Source: Octopus vulgaris (lineage: Eukaryota). From it: DNA of 64,000 nucleotides. Shown here piece after piece: positions 57,525 through 64,000 of this stretch. The DNA lies in NCBI GenBank assembly GCA_951406725.2, contig OX597816.1, positions 102,734,001-102,798,000 on the forward strand, in the 5' to 3' direction. The notes under the pieces were generated by a model. It ran no database searches and was not told the DNA's origin. It worked only from the letters and a program-made list of their open reading frames with translations. Numbering within the stretch: the first letter of the stretch is position 1; every line of letters begins with the position of its first letter. The translations under genes were made by a program, and so were the position numbers.

Positions 57525-59150
57525 TCTGGTGCTAGCAAAGAATGTACTTCAAAAATCGTTTCTTGCCAATTGACTTCTTCACGCGTTGGAGTGCTAACTG
57601 CTCGTTTCTCGGGAAATACTACCCTGAAGATCATCCAGAACTATGCTCCCACAAATGCTAGTGAAGACGATAAAGTGGAAGAAAGCGCTAGCGCATAAAT
57701 CTGCTTGCACCGTAGTGATGGGAGATTTCAACGAAAAGATCGGTAAAAGACGGCAAGGAGAGAAATATGATGAGAAGTTTGGAAATGAAAGAGAAGAAAG
57801 TTTGGTTATATGACAGAGGCAGAAGTCTTTAGGTTGGAAGCAGCCTATCCAGGAAGTAATCTGGAAGGAGATGGACCTGGATAACCATAAACAGTACAAA
57901 AACGAAATGGACTGCATCTTGGTCGACAAACAGTGCATACTGCAGGTATATCGCTAGCTAGGAGCAAAGCTCGTGAAAATCGAAGTCAAAGAGGAAAGGC
58001 TCTGCACATCTCAAAGAATCAACGCATTAAAGGCCTTCGAAATGATATTGTTTTAGAGGGTGATTAAGAGGCAAGTTTAGAGTCAACTTGAAGAGCTCGA
58101 TGAGGACTACTATTCACCGGTCCAAAAATTTTAGCGCCTCATGTGGAAGGCGAGAACTGCAAGCCAGCAGGAGCCCCACAGAAAAATCTCGAAGGAGACG
58201 TGGAAAATGCTAAAGAAGCGGAAAACTATAAAGAGAAACATGAAAGGTCACTTCGAATATTTCGTTCTCGGCAAAGCGATCAAACAACATCTAGAAAATG
58301 ACTTCGAAAGTTATGGAAGGAAAAAGCTGATGCAGGCTGCAGAGAAAAAAATATCTTTAAAAAGGTGTAGGAGAGAGCTGGTGTTCTATAGGTCAGAGGT
58401 GACAGCACTTAAGAACAAGGATGGGCTCACGGTGACGGACAAGGGAGAAATGGAAGCGGTATGCAAAACCTTCTACACCAGCCTTTTGAAATCATCGGTG
58501 AAGCTCGATCCTCTACTGCCACAAATGTTGGAAGAAGTGTCACGTATTTTGGTCAGTGAAATTGAAAATGCTCTCAAATTGATAAAAACAGAGAAAGCTC
58601 CAGGAAAAGATTGCTTAACAATAGAGATAATAAGGTTGGGATGTGGAAAGCTTTGGAAAATCCACTTTCTATACTTCAATCGATATCTAAAGGAGAGTAA
58701 AATATCCTCGCTGTGAAAAGATCCGAATACGGTCCTGCTTCATAAGAAGTGGGATAAAAACTATCGTCCCATATGTCTCTTGTTTCACCTCTATAAGCTA
58801 TTTACAATGATCCTAATCATAAGACAATCGAAAACCTTGGTGATCAGCAGCCAGCTTTCTATTAGAGCTACAGTACGATGGATTACATATTCACACTAAC
58901 ATAGCTGATAGAACGTGCAAATGAGTACAAGCTACTTCTATCCATCACTTTCGTCGACTATGAAAAGGCTATTGATAGGGTCGAGATGAACGAAGAGCTA
59001 AAACCTCTAGAAATGTCAGGTGTCGAGATGCAATATATCAAACTACACAAAGATGCGATTCTGAGTGTACAATATGAGTATGAGTTCCATTTGGGAAGGG
59101 TGTCAGAAAAGGAGATACCATCTCTTCACAGTTCTTCACTGCATGTCTTT
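57525..59150 (+). pseudogene. Decayed RTE-clade LINE (APE + partial RT)
   Basis: IIQNYAPT, VVMGDFN, KNEMDCIL, KAPGKD, NYRPICLL, STMDYIFTL, FVDYEKAID, GVRKGDTIS across several frameshifts. Confidence 0.85.
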
Positions 59151-59154
59151 GCAT

Positions 59155-59830
59155 CCAATGGATTAAGATAGGGTAGTTAACTGCAAAACAAAATTGTCAG
59201 AGTAGAGCTTTCAAACACTTTGTGGAAGCAATTGGCAAGAAAGATAAACCCACAGAGAATTCTGGAAGAATTTCAGCATAATGGATGCTTGTTGCTAAGG
59301 TAACCGAGCCATGGAATGAAGTAAAACCCTCGACATTGAAAAGTGCTTGCAAAATTTATGGGTAGTTTATATGTGTGAATTTATAAGTTTTCTACAAGCA
59401 AACAGACTCGTGCACAAAATTCAGAAAGATATTGTGACATTTGCAAATGATGTGGGGTTTAGCGATGTCATAGAAGATGATGTCGTTGAGCTGCTGGTAT
59501 CCCATAGAGAAAGTTTGTCATACAAGGAGATGATGCAAATACAACAGGACCAAGTTGAGTATAGAGTTGAAAATACGGTAACTCCACCAACTTCACATAA
59601 ATTGACTGCGAAGAGCATTGCTAAAGGGTTGGCACTCATAGAAGAAGGTCTGTAAGTTTTTGCTGGAATAACACTAGTCGTGATCTTCACGTAAAAATTA
59701 CAAAACGTGTGTACAATGAATTTAATTCACACACTAAGCTGTATAAGATATGACGCGCTATAAGCATCAAACAATTTTTAATAGGTTCTTTGCAACTCAA
59801 GTAGATGGTGATGATGACGAAGGTGTCTAC
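59155..59830 (+). pseudogene. Tigger/pogo-like transposase C-terminal remnant
   Basis: WNEVKPSTL..IVTFANDVGFSDVIEDDVVELLVSHRESLS..LTAKSIAKGLALIEEG resembles the post-DDE region of Tigger transposases. Confidence 0.55.
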
Positions 59831-60404
59831 ATATTTTTGTGGTAAGCAGGTATATTATTACAATATCACAATTATTAATTATTTCCTAAAGTATTTCTTT
59901 TCAAAATAATAACTATTATACATAAAAGTGGTCGTATTGCCTGTTGTTGCTTTTCTTTCGAAAATGTCCGTTGTCATTTATATAGCATGAAAATCAATTG
60001 GAAAATTAATTTTGCTTCCCGGGATTTCGTGGCACAGTAAGATTATCAGGAACACATTAATAAGGGAGATTCCCCACTCCTCCTCCTCCTAGATTTGGGC
60101 TAGAAGTAACGTTTATTCATTTATGGAATAGCTGTCTTACTCAGATGAAATATCTATCAACTTCACCTATTCTTTCTATGATTTATGTGAGATATTGTGA
60201 GGAAGGTATTGGTAAAGTGCATCTCAACTTGATAGTTTAGGGAGCAATATGTTCTACATTTATGTATATTGAATATTTTCTCTGCTTCCTCTTCCCTGTG
60301 TTTGTGTGTCTATGTGTTAGTGTGTTTACGTATATAGACGCATATAAACTAGCCTTTATACGTATGTATATATATATATCTGTGTGTATATATATGCATG
60401 CATA

Positions 60405-60462
<58 letters not shown>

Positions 60463-60600
60463 TATATTTATATGTATATATATATGTATGTATATATACA
60501 TATATATATATCTGTGTATATATATATATATGTATGTACACACACATACATATATCTCCCTCATCCTCACCGTCTCTCCCCCTCTTTCTCGTCATATATG

Positions 60601-60657
<57 letters not shown>

Positions 60658-60686
60658 CGCATATGAGCCGCGTGATTATGTATCTG

Positions 60687-60725
<39 letters not shown>

Positions 60726-61157
60726 GGAAAGAGAGAGGTGGAGCGGAGAAGAGTAAGTGAACGAAGGAGGAGAGAGAATCCTATGTATTAACAATTTTAC
60801 CAAACAAGGAATACAGTATCTGACAGACGACACACTTAGTCATTTTAATCTATTCAATCTTTCGTTGAAGCAACCTGCCGTCATTTATACGGATAACGAA
60901 AAAATACTTAATTCTTTTAAGACAGAAGCCAATATTCGTCGTTATACGAATAAAATATATAATTGTAATGCTCTTATACAGGGATTGAACCACTAATCCT
61001 GTTTTCATTGGGATGTTTGTGACAATAATCATGTATGTAAGTATGTATGTATGTATGTATGTACGCATGCAAGCATGTAGGTATGTATGCATGTATTTAT
61101 GCATGTATTTATGCATGTATTTATGTATGCATGTATTTATGTATGTACGTATGTATG

Positions 61158-61361
61158 TGTTGTTGGGATAATAGTAATAAAGATAACCCCCTCCTACGTG
61201 ACGAGTGGTATGTGTTAGCCGCTATAAATAAAGTGACGTTGGTTAGTATAGAGAGAGTACGTAGTAGACGGTGAAATATTGTCGTGGTCTTATTTGTCTT
61301 ACTAACTATACTGCTATACCCGAGTGGGCGTTATAACAATCCAGCATTAAGGATTACAACA
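61158..61361 (+). mobile_element. 5' LTR of a Ty3/Gypsy element
   Basis: TGTTGT...ACAACA termini, TATAAATAAA inside, followed by GTGACAACGAGG (decayed TGGCGACGAGG-type PBS). Confidence 0.65.
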
Positions 61362-61453
61362 GTGACAACGAGGAATTAACAAACTCATGAGGGATTAACA
61401 AACTCACAAAGTCTTTTTGTGCGAATTTTACGAAAAAAAAAGATAAAATAATT

Positions 61454-63580
61454 ATGGAAAATTTGTTGACCGGTTTTCTCGAGTTGCAAAAACAGCAACA
61501 ACTGCAATTGAAAGAACAACAGCAACAGCTGCACCTGCAAGAACAACAACAGAAGCAACAACAGCAGCAGCAACAACAGTGACAGCTACAACTGCAAAAC
61601 ATCAGCGGAAGAAATTACAACAATTATTATTACAGCAACAAATGCTGCAATTAATGAAGAGTAAGTCGTCAGGAAATAATGACAAAATGTTCTCGCCAGA
61701 TTATGCTGCGAACTTGATTACAAAGTTTAAATACAAACCAGACGAAGGAGTTACCTTTGAGGCTTACTATAGGAGATACGAACAAATCTTCAATAAAGAG
61801 TGCAAAGATTGGGACTGCGATATGGAAATACGTTTAATCTTAAGAAAATTGGCAGTAGGAGAACATGAGCGTCACAGCAATTACCTACTCCCGAAAATAC
61901 CTTTTGACATAAACTTTAAAGATACAATAGACATAGAGTAAAATTTTCAGCGAGAAAATCTCGTTATTCAATACACGTTGGAAATGTTTGAACCTAGAAA
62001 AGAACAACGAGGTGGACTATATCACATATGCTGGTAGAGTTAACAGGGAATGTGAAAAGTTCAAGCTGGACGAATTAACACCAGATATTTTCAAGTGCCT
62101 GATATTTACTCAGGGACTAACTGCAGAAAATGACGCAGAAGTAAGAACAAGAATTCTCGCTACGCTGAAACAAGATCAAGCTGTAACTCTACAACAAGTG
62201 TCAGAAGAGTGTGAAAGAATAATATATTTAAGACACGACACAGAGAAAATTGAACATAAAGATGGCTCCCAAGTGAAACAAGTGCAAAATAGACAGAATA
62301 GAAATCGAGTGTGCACTAAAAAACAGTACAAAGAGGACAAAAATCAGGATACAAACCACTGTTTTGCATGTGGAGGTCGACATCTGAGGAAAAATTCCAT
62401 TTAAGAAAGCAGAATGCTTCCGTTGTAGAAAAATTGGACGCGTAAAAGCGCACTGTAAAACCAAGATCACAAAACGTTAGAACAAAAGAAAAAGAATAAA
62501 CAAGATGTCAAAAGAAAATGGTAATATAACAAAGAGGAAATCTGTAAATGTGAAAATTAAAAATAGAAGAGTAAAAATGCAGTTAGACACTGGAAGGGAT
62601 ATTACCATTGTGAATGGTAAGCCGAAACTAATTAAATCTACAAAAGTCACAGTAAAACAAACGATTGTACTTTGTCGGTGAATTTGTGTGTAATGTAACA
62701 TTTCGTGACCAAATGAAAGCGACAAAAATATATGTAGTAAAAAATTCAGTTAATCTATTCGGCACAGAGTGGACGGAACTATTCAAATTATAGATTACGC
62801 CCATAAATGTTTTGAGTGGGAATATAGTCGATTCAGTCGAACGTTCGAATGATGTTGAGGGACAGAAACAAAAAATAAAACATTTATTTCCAGATGTTTT
62901 CTCAGAGGAACCGGGTTGCTGCACGAAAACAAAAGCAAAAATTGCTGTAAAACAAAGTGCAACACCTGTATTTAAGCCAAAACGGAATGTATCGTTTGCG
63001 GCAAAATTATCCACGGTAAAAAGTGAACCTTGGTCAGAAGTAGATATTCTGTGGTCGAGACTACACATTGATTTCGCTGGTTCATACTACTTAATGGTAG
63101 TTGATAGGTTCTCTAAATGGCCAGAAATCTGTAAGTGTTAAAAAACCAGCCTCCTCAACTGTGACAAATTTTTTACCGGAACTGTTTGCGAGATTTGGCA
63201 TCCCAGACGTAATAGTGTCTGACAATGGAACGCAATTTGTGTCTTTTGATTTTAAAAAGTTCTGTAAAACGTTCGAAGTAGAACATGTACTCTGGAACCA
63301 TATCATCCCAGATCTAACGGATAAGCATAACGCTTTGTCGATACGTTCAAGAGAGCCCTAAGTTGAATAAGGAAATCACGAATGAGGTAGTTCTACAACA
63401 ATTCTAAAGAGTATACCGTGTGACACCAAATCTAAATATACCAGCGGACCTGATGTTTGTGAGGAAAATAAAATCGGTCTTCGACAAATGGTAAGAAAAG
63501 AAAAACTGCAATGAAGAATACAGCAAGATATTTCAAAATTGGTGAAAAGGTATTTGTGAGGGCATATAAAAACGGAAAAC
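61454..63580 (+). pseudogene. Ty3/Gypsy (Mag-like) gag-protease-integrase remnant; RT and RNase H deleted
   Basis: Q-rich gag start, TFEAYYRRYE, FKCLIFTQGL, knuckles CFACGGRH and CFRCRKIG, protease MQLDTG, PVFKPKRNV joined directly to integrase WSRLHIDFAG..VVDRFSKWPE..FGIPDVIVSDNGTQF. Confidence 0.9.
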
Positions 63581-63682
63581 AGTGTTTTGCTCAAGAACAC
63601 AACGCGTCACCCGGTCTAGCAATCGAAACCACAATCTTATGATCATGAGTCCAGCACACTAACCACTAAGCTACGCGCCTCA
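63580..63682 (-). mobile_element. SINE family C head
   Basis: Minus AGGCGCGTAGCTTAGTGGTTAG...GGTTTCGATTGC...GTGTTCTTGAGCAAAACAC. Confidence 0.7.
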
Positions 63683-63689
63683 ACAAACC

Positions 63690-64000
63690 TATAGCATGCT
63701 TGAATGTGATGCATATAACATAGGTTGCTTAAATATATTTCCCAAGATTATTGCGTAACACAAAATGTAGTAACTGATGAGCAGGTGGGTAGAAAGAAAG
63801 GAGTCTAGGGCTGTGCTGAACAACTCCTTATCTGCAAAGCTGTCTATAAGGAAGCGAAACAGCAGCGCAGAAAACTGTCCCATCTGATATAATCGACCCC
63901 ATTAAGAGACTGATGACAACATGATCTTCAGAGCTCTTGGTAAGAACAGAATCAGGCTTTCAACAGAAATATTTCAAGGTGACAGCTTATCTGTAACGCT
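63690..64000 (+). pseudogene. Decayed non-LTR RT fragment running off the window
   Basis: EIFQGDSLSVT at the end resembles the RT motif GIFQGDSLS of R4/NeSL-type elements. Confidence 0.4.

Noticed and set aside
61354-61602. Cys-rich metallothionein-like ORF on the minus strand
   Set aside because: Antisense of the CAG/CAA-rich Gypsy gag N-terminus.

Overview
AT-rich eukaryotic intronic/intergenic DNA, saturated with simple repeats ((TA)n, (CA)n, (GA)n, (TATG)n, (TCTA)n, (CTA)n) and transposon debris. The repeat landscape looks like an octopus (coleoid cephalopod) genome; this is inferred from microsatellite density and SINE types. Almost all long ORFs in the track are microsatellite translation artefacts. 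Recognisable coding remnants are all TE-derived: a near-complete CR1-clade APE+RT LINE with a flipped 3' segment, RTE, Tx1/L1 and R4/Dong-like LINE fragments, an internally deleted Ty3/Gypsy element, and mariner and Tigger scraps. There are also non-autonomous Helitrons, a TTAA MITE and several tRNA-derived SINE families. A few candidate minus-strand exons may belong to a host gene. The most notable signal is a set of sequence-unrelated non-coding elements, mostly embedded in (TA)n. They share an asymmetric inverted-repeat-plus-tail architecture and carry type I hammerhead ribozyme folds, about a dozen intact or decayed motifs, with the best at 48981-49031, 47034-47084, 8044-8119, 50776-50818 and 57062-57112. 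This fits non-autonomous Penelope-like or retrozyme-like elements, and one of them carries compound microsatellite as cargo. All folds and alignments were done by eye, and TE boundaries are approximate.
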